Program-made: the position numbers and the translations under genes
Shown here: positions 10,293-24,010 of the stretch, piece after piece
Layout: each line of letters starts with the position of its first letter
How positions within the stretch are numbered: the first letter of the stretch is position 1
Assembly: GCF_004010195.1 (NCBI RefSeq)
Contig: NC_057753.1
Coordinates: 7,803,304 to 7,867,303 of the forward strand
Direction of reading: 5' to 3'
Length of the DNA: 64,000 bases
Source: Chiloscyllium plagiosum
Lineage: Eukaryota
The notes under the pieces: generated by a model
The model's input: only the letters and a program-made list of their open reading frames with translations
Database searches by the model: none
What the model was told of the DNA's origin: nothing

Positions 10293-13200
10293 TGTTACAG
10301 ATCGGAAACCGACCCTCTCAAAATGGTCAAACTAATCGATGTTTAGCAAAATGCAATTTATTTCTCCTTTGTAGTTAAAATAAAAGTAAAGAGAGAGGAA
10401 TTTAGAATAACTTCATTCTATTGGAACACTTAACAGAATAACATAAATATTAACTAATAGTAAGGAAATGTTGCCAGACACGAATATCTCATGAACACAC
10501 TCCTTGGCAAAAAAAACGCTCAGTCAGACACACACACACAGTCCTCCAAACAAGCATCGAAAGAACAGTCAAGAGAAAATGTTGAGCAAGTACAATCCAG
10601 GAGATAGCTCCGAAATCCTTCAACTCTTTTGTGAGCTCAATAGCTTCTCATGATACTGAAAAAATCCAGATGCCTGGAATCTGGTTGTGTGAGACCAGGT
10701 CACACCCAACCAGGCTTCAAAAATAAAGGAAGACAGTCTCAGCTGTTTCCTCAAGTTGCATTCATTAACCAGTTCTTTCCTTCTGCCTTACAACCTCTCT
10801 TCAAGAAAACAGCCAAAGTACCCTTCGAAAATGACAGCATCGTCACGTTTCCTGCCTAAAAAAAACCCAAGATCCGAAAATGGCTTGATCTCTAAAAAGA
10901 ATTCTGAATCTTCATCTATAAGTTCACAATATTTTTACATTACATGAACTCAAAGCAAGGAAACACACCACATAACGTATCTGTAGATCTTCATCAGATT
11001 CGGGACAATATATATGCGTTTATGCAATGAGAATAAATTTGAGACTGAATAGCTGAAAAAAATACCCCATCTAAACACTTTGGGATATTTGTCGTTAACT
11101 TTCTCCAAAATCTTCCATGGTTTACAATCAGCATATACTGGCAACATTATTGTTGAAAAGTTGTAACGCTAATACCAGACACATGGCATCCTTCTTAATC
11201 ATGGGATACTTCTATTGTTGATTATTCAAACTTATGGGAATACTACACAATACATATTTCTATCCTTTCATCATCATCTTCTGACAGTATAGCATTGATA
11301 CCCACAACACTCACATGAAAAGCCACTGAAGCAATGGTTAACACAGAATTCAGGCTGTCAAATGCCATCTGACAGTTCTCCGTCCAGTAGAATTTTCTGC
11401 ACTTCAATAAATTATTCACTAGAGCAACCAATTTGCCAAATGTCAGGCTTCATAAGACTACCGCTTCATCAATGGTTTGTGAAAATCCCAAAAACTTTTG
11501 GTTTCACAGCGGGGTGAAGGTAGGGAGCAGCTGTCTGCATCCAATAAAATGGCCCAGAAATATGAATTGGGCTTGGCCTAATACAATCTTACCCAGGATT
11601 GTCGCAAAACCTGACTCCCATATTCGATCTAACAATTCAAGTAAACGCTGCAGATGTCCCTTCCACACGTAACTAAAATTACCTGGTCCCTGATGCACAC
11701 CCCACAACTGGGTTATCCAGAAAACATTTTATTGTTTAGTCTTTGAAATATCGCTGACGCATTTTTGATCTCAAATGGCATGAATTTAAATTGGTAAAGT
11801 CCATTCGGAGTCATGAAAGTCGAAATTGTCTTCCCTTTACTGGATAAAGATACCTGCCAAAATCCTCTCAGTAATCCCAAATTAGAAATATAAATTGGTT
11901 ACCCAATATACTCAATACAAGCTTCGAAACCCGGAATAGGAAATGTTTCAAACTTTGCAAATGCATTCACTTTGCGAAAAACCACGCATAATCTTTGATT
12001 AGCATTTGATTTTGACACCATTATAATGGTCACGCTCCAGCGTTGTTGCAAATCATTTCGATTATGCTGTCTTTGACCAAGTGTTCAATTTGTTTTTGAA
12101 CCTGCCTGAAAGTTAGAAAGTTAATACTGCATAATTCGAACGGGATTTCAGTAGATACATCATGTGTTAATTCGATTATAATTGTCGGCTAATTTGCCAT
12201 ATCTTTCTATGCGACAGCAATAAAACTTTAAGATCATTTCGGCTTTTCTCTGGAAGGTAATTAAATAATAAATTCCTTTTTTAAAAGACTTCATTACAAT
12301 TCATCTTTTCCACTCTCTGTATGCAACTATTAAAACAAATACTTTTTTAAGCAAAATCACACGACACTCTGTGAGATGTCTTTCTAGTTGGTGTTTTTAT
12401 GAAATAATTTTTCTTCATTCAATTTCTTTTCGACTTGGTAAAGCCCACGAAACCTTCCTTTCAAAGGGTCACCTGTATTTGGAATTAACCCTAGCATTTC
12501 ACCTCCACAAGCAAAATTGCGATTTTTTGATTTCCTGGCCAATTCCTGTATCATTCCTGTGATGCGTTTAACAGCTGTATAGTCAACTCAACCACTCTCT
12601 TTAATCTTTGCCTAAAAAATTATGATAAGGTCCAATTGTATGGTCTCTGAACTCAGAATCGACAACTTCTCGTTCATTAATTTCAGTGGTCCTCTCAACT
12701 CATGCCTGAAAATTAACTGTAAATGGACTGAATTTGGTAGATTTATTTATTGTATCTCTTACTTCAAAAAAGTAGAAGTGGAATATTTTTTATCTGAGAC
12801 CTCTAATGCAATTGACTGTAAGCAGTCGACACGGTCTTTTAACGTTATTGCCACCGTTTTAGCACTCACTGCGATTCTGGATTGTATGTCGGGTGTCTGA
12901 ATTGTTTTATTCCCAATGTACCTGTTACTTCCTTGAAAAATGTTGCTGTAAATTTCTTCCCGTGATCTGAATGTATCTCTGTGAGCAGTGTGTGAGCCGT
13001 CCAAACTGTAGCAACTCTTCTACAATCATTTTAGATGTGACATAGCAGGATGGGAATGTCTCTGGAATGTAGTGGGCACATAGGTTTTGGTCAACAATAC
13101 CGATTTCCCATAGTTTGGTTGAAGCAAGTTGCCCGACACATTCAATGACGATACGAGTAAAATGTTCCTCAAATGCAGGAAAGGTGCTGATTTTATCACT

Positions 13201-15690
13201 GCCAATTACCTTGCACTTACGAAATGTTTGGCAAATTTAACCGCATCCTTATGCTATCCAGTCTAAAAGAAAACGTCTATGTTTTGTCTAGAGTTTTCTT
13301 TGCGACCAAATTATCTCTGACTGTGACATCTCCTTTCTATAATGCAGCAGTAATGTAATTTGATAAACTGCTGCACATATCCCATCCACCTGAATATGTG
13401 ATGCTCTCCAATTCTTCTTCTAGACTTTTTTTTAAGATAGTAACATTCTGGTATGTTTTCAGATTCTTCTTCTATGAATGTGTTTTGGTCGACCGACTGT
13501 GGTTTCTCATATCCTGTTTTAATTCAGTTAACTTCGCTGAACTAAGCCTGTGCAGTTTGTTCTCCACGTCTTCTTGTTTCCTCTGACACTTAACTATTTG
13601 ATCAAACACAGTCTCGGATAATTGTACTTCAAACTCCTTACCTTTATACACTGATCTCTTCTCCTGTTGTACGCTCTGATTTCGTCACCTTGTTCCCACA
13701 CAGTCAGGGGAAATCCAGGATATACTTAATGTAATAGCTCAGTTGCCTGATTTTCCATTGTCATTTCAACCACAGTCGGCATCACTCCAAACTTTGACCA
13801 AACTGCATCATTACCAAGAATAAATTGTATTCATTGAGGCAAGTGTTTGTCCAGTCCCCTGCCATCACTTCTATCTTCATCGGGTACTCCATACTTAATT
13901 TATATAAAAGAGCAAATTTTCTCTCCCTATGGACTCCACCTTTTGTTACTTTATCTGGCAATACACCTTCTGAATTACGTATGTTCTCATCTCTCAACAT
14001 CATAGATTAACATGCTGCCGCATCTCTTAAAATTATAATTAATTTACTTGCTCCTCCTTACCCTCACAAGTAGATGGTGCAAGTGCATTCTCTTCAATCA
14101 ACATCTGATCAGTTTGTAACTTCTGGAGAATTTTTTTTCACTACCACTGTGCTTTCTGTAACTGCTTCAATGTAATTCACCGTTTTATGCAGTGTTTTCC
14201 GAACTCCATCTTCGCAGTGCTTTTTCTAAACCACAAACACTGAGACTTCATGTGGCCTATTTCATTGCAGAGAAAACGCCGGAGTTTTGTTAATTCTCTT
14301 TCCCTTCATGGGTTTCCTTTCTACCCAGTTGTAAGCTATCATTATTATCTTCAAAGAAATCAGCTTTCCCATTACCACGAGAAGCATTTCGCTTTTCTTC
14401 AATTTAGCTACCTCACAGATTCAACTTGCTACTGGAACCCAAATTGATTTATCAACTATTTATCAAGATGAGAGGTGAAATGTTTAAGGAGGGCGCACGT
14501 GGCAATTACTTTACACAGAGGATAACGTGTTGCTTGCAGGGGTAGTAGAGGCAGGCTCAGTGGATTCATTTAAGCTGCGTCTGGACAGATGCAGGAGTAG
14601 GTGGGGAGCGGAGGGATACAGATGTTTTGGAATTGGGCGACAGGTTTAGATAGTGGATTTGGATCGGTTCAGGCTTTGAGTGGCGAAGGGCCGGGTCCTG
14701 GCCTGTAGTCTTCTTTCTTCTTTGTTTAACTAAACAATAATCATTGGCATTTTCAACTGCCAATCTTGCAATTCTGACTCTCTGCTCTTCACTCTGTGTT
14801 CTCAATACTTGGGGAAGTATTTTTGAACACACCGAAACTAATTGTCACTCTCGGAGTGGAATATGTTTGCTATATTTCAATTACTTTTCCACCTATCAAA
14901 GTTAATTTGTTTGACCTTCTAAGCTCAAGAAAGTTTCACAAAGTATCCCCTCAGATTCCTGAAATGTTGTCTGTGGAATACTCGTACAAGCTTATGTGCA
15001 CTTAAGGGCATGTTTCCTCATTCTACTCCCCTGTTTCTTCCTCTTAGAGCAATACTACAAACTATTTCTACCTACAAACCGTGTTTAAATCAATATACCC
15101 ACATATTCAACGGCCATTTCATTTGCTAGCCAATCTCTCAAACGAAATGAACATGGCTTGAACATTCTTCTCATCGACTTTAGGCAACGCTTAGAAATAC
15201 ATAAACAGATCCCCAGGAAGCCTTGAGCTACGATCGATTTGCTCATCATCGCCAACCTTCTCACGGTGTCTCCAGTGCAATTTCACCTCCGCCTTTTGAT
15301 TCGACCTGTCTCACCAATTGCCAACCTCCAATGTTCAAATTCTCTCTTTCTGCTTTTTGTCTTCCTTTTTCTTGTGCCAGGCATTTCTCTCCCTCTTTGA
15401 TAATCTGCCAAGCCAATTATTTCCTTTTATTGGCCCCTGCTTTTCATCATAATTCAAACTGTTTCCATGCCGTCTCGTGTTAAAGCTGTTTGATTTGCAA
15501 TTGAAATTTAGAAATTTCCAAATATTCCAATTGTAAATGGTGAGCATATTTCTGCAATTAACTCCTCTTTTCGCACGGGCAAAGGCAACATCAACTCCAG
15601 CTAGTCCGCCAATCCCAACAGCTTTGCTTCGCTGACTTCTTGCCAAGTTCCCGCAGTAACTTCATCCACTCTCAAAAAGCTTTTGGTGGG
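10293..15690 (-). mobile_element. Gmr1-like Gypsy LTR retrotransposon, decayed (gag-PR-IN-RT-RH, 3' LTR ~10293-10849)
   Basis: On the minus strand: gag LPKVDEKNVQAMFISFERLA (~15180), Zn knuckle RFLCNEIGHMKSQC (~14260), protease-like IILRDA (~14025), integrase remnants (~12500-13250), RT LLRGFWQV and TPNGLYQFKFMPF (~11800), then FYWTENCQMAFDSL and RNase H (~11300). A purine tract precedes the LTR. Confidence 0.85.
14460..14727 (+). mobile_element. CR1 3' end nested in the Gypsy gag
   Basis: gagaggtgaaatgtttaagg...tttacacagagg...gaagggccgggtcctggcctgtagtcttctttcttctttgtt. Confidence 0.75.
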
Positions 15691-15699
15691 TGATATAGA

Positions 15700-17030
15700 G
15701 CATCGAACACAGAACATTGCAGTGCAGTACAGGCCATTCGGCCCTCGATGTTGCGCCGACCTATGGAACCAATCTGAAGCCCATCTAACCTAAACTATTC
15801 CATACTCATCTATATGCCTATCCAATGACCATTTAAATGCCATTTAAAATGTCGAGTCTCCTGCTGTTGCAGGTAATGCGTTCCACGCCCCTACTACTCT
15901 CTGAGTTAAGAAACTACCTCTGACATCTGTCCTGTATCTATCACCCATCAATTTATAGCCTGATATCATTGTTGCAAAATTTAACCCCTCTAATAGTAAA
16001 ATCAAATACACTCTATGTCTCCTTAATTACCCTATGAATCTGAGTGGCAACTTTAAGGGATCTATGTGCATCGATATCGAGATCTCTCCGTTTATCTACA
16101 CGACTAAGAATCTTACCATTAACCCAGTACTCGGCATTCCTGTAACTCCTTCCAAAGATAATCACTTCACATTTTTCTGCATTAAACGCAACTTACCATG
16201 TCACAGCCCGGCTCTGCAGCTTACCTATGTTTCTCTGTAACCTACAACATCCTTCATCACTATCCACAACTCTACCGACTTTAGTGTCATCCGCACATTT
16301 ACTAACCCATCCTTTTATGACTTCATCCAGGTCATTTATATAAATTGCACACAACAGTGGAGCAAAAGCAGATCCTTGCTGTACCCAACGAATAATTGAT
16401 TTCTCGGACGAATACTTCCCATCAGCGACCATCCACTGTCTTCTTTCAGCTTGCCAAATTCTGATCCAAATCACCGTCAACCCCATGCCTCCATTTTTGG
16501 GCAATAACCTACTGTGGGGAAACTTAACCAACAATTTACTGAAGTTCATATATTGCAAATCAACAGATTTACCCTCATCCATCTGCTTGGTCACCTTCTC
16601 GAAGAACTCAATAAAGCTTTTGAGACACGATGTACCCTTCACAAAACCGTGGTGACGATCTCAAATCAACTTATTCCTTTCCAGATAATTATAAATTCTA
16701 TCCCTTATAACTCTTTCCAACACTTTACCCTCAACCGAATTAAGACTCACAGACCTATAATTTCCATGGCTGTCTCGATTCTCTCTGATCAAGGGATCAT
16801 TATTTACTATCACACAGTCTTCTGGCACTATTCCTGTAGACAATGACGACATACAGATAAAAGCCAAAGTATTGGCAATCTCCCACACTTCTCAGAGAAT
16901 CCTAAGCTAAATCCCATCGTTCCCAACGGACTTGTCTATTTTTATATTTTCCACAATTGCTAACACCTCCGCCAATGTGCTTCAATCCCTTTTAGTCTAG
17001 TAGCCTCTATTTCAGCATTCTCCTCGACCA
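15700..17030 (-). mobile_element. CR1 RT/3' fragment
   Basis: ORFs contain KGTSCLKSFIEFFEKVT, CADDTKV and NYRSVSLNSV. 3' tail at 15700. Confidence 0.9.
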
Positions 17031-17179
17031 GTGGAATGGGAAACTAAATTGTAGTTCCAGTGTATAGGAGGCTGAGAGTAGTGAGGTCATAAATATATTT
17101 TCAAGTTCTCAAGAGTGCAACGGTAAGCAGGAAGATGGTTTGAAATTTGTCTTCTTCAACACCTGGAATAAGCTGGGTG

Positions 17180-20100
17180 AACATCGAACATAGAAAAGTA
17201 CAGCACTGACCAGGTCCTTAGGCCCACGATGTTGCACCGAGATTTAACCTTAATGTAAAATATAGTAACATAACCTACACACCCCTCAACTCACTGCTAT
17301 TCATGTGCATGTCCAGCAGTCGCTTAAATGTCCCCAATGACTTCACATCCACCACCTCAGCTGGCAAGGCATTCCATGCACTCACAACACTCTGCGTAAA
17401 GAACTTATCTCTGATGTCTCCTTTATATCTTCCTCCTAATATCTTCAAACTATGACTTCTCGTACCAGTCAATCCTGCCCTGGGGAAAAGTCTCTAGCTA
17501 TTGACTCTATCTATTCCTCTCTTTTTTTTCTACACCTCGATCAGGTCTCCTCTCTTCCTCCTTCTCTCCAGAGAGAAAAATCCACGCTGGTAAACCTTCT
17601 TTCCCCTCTCCAAAGCCTCTGTATCTTTCCTACAGTAGGGTGACCAGAACTGGACACAATATTCCAAGTGTGGTCTAACCCGGGACTTGTACAGCTGCAG
17701 CAAAACCTCGCCGCTCTTAAACTCGATCCCCCGTTAATGAAAGCCAAAACACCATATGTTTTCTTAACAACCCTATCCACTTGGGTGGCAACTTTGAGGG
17801 ATCTATGTACTTGCACAGCCAGATCTCTCTGTTTCTCCACACTGCCAAGCATTCTGTTTTTAATCCTATATTCAGCATTCGAGTTTGACCTTCCAAAATG
17901 CATCACTTCGCATTTATCCAGGTTGAACTCCATCTGCTATTTCTCAGCCCAGCGCTGCATCCTGTCTATGTCGCGCTGCAGCCTGCAGTAGCCCTCTATA
18001 CAATCGATGGCACCTCCAACCTTTGTGGCATCTGCAAATTTACTAACCTACCCTTCAACCTCCTCATTCAAGTCACTTATAAAAACTACGAGGAGCAGTG
18101 GCCCAAGAACAGAGCCCTGTGGGACCCCACTCAACACTGTCTTTCAGGCAGAATACTTTGCATCTACAATCACTCTCTGCCTTCTGTCAGCCAGCCAATT
18201 CTGAATCCAGATAGCCAATTTTCCTGTATCCCATACATCCTCACTGTATGAATGAGCCTACCATGGGGAACCCTACCAAATGCCTTGCTGAAATCCATAT
18301 TCACCACATCAACTGCTCTACAGTCGTTGACCTATCTTGAAACCTTCTCAAAGAACTCAATATGATTTGTGAGGCATGACCTGCCCCGAACAAAACCATG
18401 CTGACTGTCTTTAATCACACTATGCTTTGCCAAATACTGATAAATCCTACCCCTCAGAATTCTTTCCAAACATTTGTTGACCACAGACGTGAGACTGACT
18501 GATCTGTAATTGCCAGGGTTTTCTCTATTATCCATGTTGGAAAGTATTCAAACTATGACTTCTCGTACCAGTCAATCCTGGCCTGGGGAAAAGTCTCTAG
18601 CTATTGACACTATCTATTCCTCTCTTTTTTTTCTGCACCTCGATCAGGTCTCCTCTCTTCCTCCTTCTCTCCAGAGAGAAACATCCACGCTGGTAAACCT
18701 TCTTTCCCCTCTCCAAAGCCTCTGTATCTTTCCGACAGTAGGGTGACCAGAACTGGACACAATATTCCAAGTGTGGTCTAACCCGGGACTTGTACAGCTG
18801 CAGCAAAACCTCGCCGCTCTTAAACTCGATCCCCCGTTAATGAAAGCTAAAACACCATGTGCTTTCTTAACAACCCTATCCACTTGGGTGGCAACTTTGA
18901 GGGATCTATGTACTTGCACAGCCAGATCTCTCTGTTTCTCCACACTGCCAAGCATCCTGTTTTTAATCCTATATTCAGCATTCGAGTTTGACCTTCCAAA
19001 ATGCATCACTTCGCATTTATCCAGGTTGAACTCCACCTTCTATTTCTCAGCCAGCGCTGCATCCTGTCTATGTCGCGCTGCAGCCTGCAGTAGCCCTCTA
19101 TACAATCGATGGCACCTCCAACCTTTGTGTCATCTGCAATTAACTAACCTACCCTTTAACCTCCTCATTCAAGTCACTTATAAAAACTACGAGGAGCAGT
19201 GGCCCAAGAACAGAGCCCTGTGGGACCCCACTCAACACTGTCTTCCAGGCAGAATACTTTGCATCTACAATCACTCTCTGCCTTCTGTCAGCCAGCCAAT
19301 TCTCAATCCAGATAGCCAATTTTCCTGTATCCCATACATCCTCACTGTATGAATGAGCCTACCATGGGGAACCCTACCAAATGCCTTGCTGAAATCCATA
19401 TTCACCACATCAACTGCTCTACCGTCGTCGACCTATCTTTAAACCTCCTCAAAGAACTCAATATGATTTGTGAGGCATGACCTGCCCCTAACAAAACCAT
19501 GCTGACTGTCTTTAATCACACTATGCTTTGCCAAATACTGATAAATCCTACCCCTCAGAATTCTTTCCAAACATTTGTTGACCACAGACGTGAGACTGAC
19601 TGATCTGTAATGCCAGGGTTTTCCCTATTATCCATGTTGGAAAGTAGAACAACATTCGCCTCCTTCCATTCCTCCGGCACGAGTCCGGGGAGAGTGAGGA
19701 GGCAAAGATCCTCGCCAACGGCTTTGCAGTCTCCTTTCTCGTTTCCCGGAGCATCTTAGGATAAATCTGGTCTGGCCCTGGGGACTTATCAATCTTAATG
19801 CTTTACAAATTTTCTAGCACATCATCTTCATCAATCTTGATCTGGTCAACTCTGTACCCCAGCTCCTCTAAGTTTTAATTTACACCAAGGTCCCGTTCCT
19901 TGGTGAAAACCGAAGCAAAAAACTCATTTAGGGCTTCCGCTATCTGCTCAGACTCCACACACAAGTTCCCTCCGCTATCCCTGATCGGCCCTACCTTCTC
20001 CCTGTTCGTTCTCTTATTCCTCACGTATGAGTAAAATCCCTTTGACTTTTCCCTAATCCATCTTGCCAAGCCTTTTTCGTGTACCCTCGCTCTTCTCAGT

Positions 20101-22010
20101 CCATTTCTGAACTCCTTTCTACCAAGCCTGTAATCCTCTAAAGTTGTGCTTGATCCTTGCTTCCTCCACCTTACGTAAGCTGCCTTCTTCCTTTTGACGA
20201 GAAACTCCTCTGTTCTCGTCATCCAAGAGTCCTTAATCTTACTCCTTCTTTCCTGTCTCAGAGGAACAAATTTGTGCATCACTCGCAACAACTGCTCCTT
20301 AAATAGTCTCCGCATGTCCGCTATGCCCTTTCTGTGGAACAATTGCTCCAGTCTGTACTTCCCAACTTCTGTCTGATACCGCGATGATTTTCTTTTCCCC
20401 AATTAAATATCTTCCATAGTTAACTGCACCTTTCACTCTCCACGGCTATGCTAAATGTGAGGCAGTTGTGATCACTTTCACCAAAGTGCTCTCCCACCGC
20501 GAGATCTGACGCCTGTCCTGCCTCGTTGCCGAGCACCAAATCCAAAATAGCCTCTCCCCTCGTTTGTCTGTCTACATACTGAGTAAGGAAACCCAGCTGA
20601 ACACACCTGACAAAAACGGCTCCATCCAAACCATCTGAACTCATGAGGTTCCAGTTGATATTGGGAAAGCTGAAACCACCAATAACAACAACCGTGCTAT
20701 TTTTGCATCTTTCCAGAATCTGCCCGCATATGAGATCTTCAATCTCTCTGCTGCTATTAGGTGGTCTGTAGTAAACCCCCAATGCGGTGGCAGTTCCCTT
20801 GCTGTTCCTAACTTCCACTCATACTGACTCAGTAGACAAAACTCCCTCTACAACCTGCGGTTCTGTCGCTGCGGTGCACTCTCTGATTAACAATGCTACA
20901 CCCCCTCCAATTTTTCCATCCTCCCTGTTCTTTTTAAACGTTCTAAACCCTGGAACATCAAGCAACCATCCCTGCCCCTGTGAAACCCACGTCTCCGTTA
21001 TGGCCACAACATCATAGCCCCAAGTACTGATCCATGCTCTAAGTTCGTCACTCTTATTTCGGACATTCCTTGCATTAAAGCAGACACAATTTAACCAATA
21101 CGTTTGTTTCATCGCGTGACAAACCTTCCTGATAGATTCAATGTATCCGTCACTTTCCGGTCTGCAACTGACCTCCTGACAGACATGTAGCTCCAATTCC
21201 GATCCCCCTGCCAAACTAGTTTAAACTCTCCCGATTTGCACGACCAAATCTCCCACCCAGGGCATTTGTACCCCTCCAGTCCAGGTGCAACCCGTCCTTC
21301 ATGTACAGGTCCTGCCTTCCCCAGAAGGTATCCCAATGGTCTAGGTATCTGAAGCCCTCCCTCCTGCACTAGCCTCGCAGCCACGTGTTAAGCTATATTC
21401 CCTGACTGTACCTCATCTCATTATCTCACGGCACCGCTCGCAAACCTGACATCACTACTCTCCTCGTCCTGCTCTTCAGCTTCCAACCTAACTCTCTGTA
21501 ATCACTTTTCAGATCTCAATCCCTTTCCGGCCATATCATTGGTGCCAATATGTACCACGATTTCTGGTTGCTCACATTTCCCCTTCAGAATCTTGTCAAC
21601 CCGTTTCACAACATCCCGGACCCTAGCACCAGAGAGGCAACGTACCTTCCGGGAGTCCCGTTCCTGACCACAAAATCTCCTGTCAATCCTTCTAACTATT
21701 GAGTGCCCTACCACTGGCGCTTTTCTATTGGCCCCCTTCCGTTCTGAGCCACAGTGCCAGGCTCAGTGCCAGAGACCTGACCACAATGGCTTTCCCCGGT
21801 AGGCTGTCCACGCCAGCAGTATCCAAAACATATATTTATTGCTGAGACGAGCAGCCAGAGTGGATCCCTACTCTGACCGTCGATTCCCTTTCCTCCCCCT
21901 GATAGTAACCCAGCTGTCCTATTCCTGTGTCTGGGGAGTGACCACCTCCCTGTAAATCCTCTCAAGTTCCCCCTCAACCTCCCGAATAATTCGCAGTTCA
22001 TCCAGCTCCA
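17180..22010 (-). mobile_element. Near full-length CR1 LINE (ORF1 SGNH esterase, ORF2 APE endonuclease-RT), frameshifted, with a 1.1-kb internal tandem duplication
   Basis: ORF1 VGHSIVRRIDRRFC...VHIGTND (21502-21714). Endonuclease NARNVRNKSDEL, AITETW, GVYYRPPN, SDHN. RT NYRSVSLTSVV, GRSCLTN, HLEYCVQFWSP. 3' tail at 17180. Confidence 0.95.
17444..19646. repeat. Tandem duplication, 2 x ~1.1 kb, inside CR1
   Basis: Units 17444-18546 and 18547-19646 are near identical, as are their duplicated ORFs (17541-17933 vs 18644-19036). Confidence 0.95.
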
Positions 22011-22019
22011 GCATTGGTT

Positions 22020-22680
22020 GGTAACTGAGACTTCGATGCTGCGGCCATTTCATGGATAGAGAAGATACAGAAATGTCTTTTACTGGTTCCGCTAGTTTGA
22101 TATTTCAGTAAGAATAGAGAAGTTGGTGAAGAGGGGGAGATGTGGCATTGTTCGTCAAGGACAGTTTTAAGATAGCAGAAAGAATGTTTGTGTACTCGTC
22201 TATTAAGGTAGTATAGGCTGAGCTCAGAAAGAGTAAAGGAGAGGTGATCCTGTTGTGAGTTTTCCATGGGCCTCCGAATACTTCCAGAGATGTAGAGGGA
22301 AGGATAGCAAAGATGATTCCGTACAGGAGCGACAGTTACAAAGTGGATGTTATGGGGGATGTTAACGTTACAAATACTGACTGGGAAACTGTCATTCCAG
22401 TGCTTCAGATGGATCGGTTTTTCTCCAATACCAGCAAGAGGGTTTTCTGAAACAGTATGGAGACAGGCCAACAAGGTACTAGGCCACATTGGATTTGGTA
22501 GTAGGTGAAGAACTCGATCCGGTATGAGATTTGGAGGTAGGTAGCACTTTGGTGATTGTGACCACAATTCGGTTATGTTCGTTTTAGCGCTGGAAAGGGG
22601 CAAGTTACACCGCAGGTCAAGAGTTAAAGTTGGTGCAAGATAATAATGATGTGATTAGGTAAAATTTAGAATGCATAGCC
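22020..22680 (+). mobile_element. CR1 endonuclease-domain fragment
   Basis: Decayed equivalents of GGGVALF, LDLV and HFGD.DHNSV on the plus strand. Confidence 0.7.
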
Positions 22681-23239
22681 GTCCATGACTTCAGCCTTGC
22701 GGGTTGTGAACAATATATTGGGGAGAAAGGACGTGAGTTATTCACTGCATAATTCCTTGTCTCTTACATCATTTTCTATCACATCATGGAAATGATAGTG
22801 AACATCAACAAACGATCAGGTCCTCTTTTCATGCAGTTAGTTGTTTTCTGACGCAGAAATGTTGCAGATATTAATGCCCATTTCTCATCCCAAAACTGTG
22901 TTTTGCCAATGTGTTGTTTCCTCTGAATAGAGACTGGTTCAGTATTCTATGTCTCTCAAAGCACGCGGAGGTCTGCACTACCATCAAAAAATATGCCACA
23001 TCTCAGAAATTGGAATGAAACGTTGTGTAAATGTAACTTTCTTGCGTTATTCACGCCATTACGGTTAATGAATAATTGATATGTGATCACAGTATAATGT
23101 TCGCATTGTTGAATTCGTAAAATGATTTTTATCTGTGGAAGCGTGCATTGCACCATATTTACCAAAGTTAACTTATACTCTCTTCTGCAATAACGAACTG
23201 CAGAAGGTATGTCTACCATCTACAAGATGTTCGGCAACA

Positions 23240-24010
23240 AATCGCGGGTCTTCTCCCGCCAGCGTCTTCAACACTGGAAAACTACATCCTAAAATTCATG
23301 AACAACGGGTAAATGATAAGTGCAGTCCGCCGATTACTGCACAACAGATCTAACAAGAAGACACAACACACCCAGCCACTCTGCCATACATAAATCATAT
23401 GTTGGAGATGACGAACAAACTACTCTGGACCCTCGGCAACATGGTAGCCACAAACCTATTACCATATTGAAACAGCTCCTGATTAATTTAAAGGACCCCA
23501 TACCTACAACCAGCAGAATGAACGTCATATAAAATATATCCTGCAAGGACTGCAATAAATATTACTTTGAACAAACGGACACGAACCTAGCCAACCAGAA
23601 ACAAGAGCACCAATAAGCCACCAAACGTCATGAACCACTATCACTGGTATGCATACACGCAGGTGAAGACGGACACCAGTTCGACTGGGACAGTACATCC
23701 ATCCTGGGACAGGCTGAACAAAGGCATGGATGGGAATTCCTAGATGTCCAGCAATCAAACTTGAACTTCATTTGCAAAAACATAGCTTTGGATCCCATAT
23801 ACTAAACGTTTTTAGAAACATGAATAGAAATGATATCACATACCTCAACAAACCGAGGCAGATAAATAGCAAGCATCAAAGAAAACCAAAATTTCACAGG
23901 AGGCTCACTGAAGCTGTTATCTAGTATGGTGACGAATATCTGAGAACAAATCCACCAGATCAGCGAGAAAACTGACAACCTGATCCACAAACTGGTCTAC
24001 AAATCTTCTC
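23240..24010 (+). mobile_element. Penelope-like element 3' part (GIY-YIG remnant and pLTR with decayed hammerhead)
   Basis: LKDPIPTTSRMNVI*NISCKDCNKYYFEQT; homologous to 5780-6052. ctca-CTGAAGC-tgttatctagtatggtgac-GAATATC-tgag at 23904-23944. Confidence 0.85.

Noticed and set aside
21998-22603. 201-aa minus-strand ORF and similar antisense ORFs
   Set aside because: These are shadow frames opposite CR1 coding sequence, not host genes.
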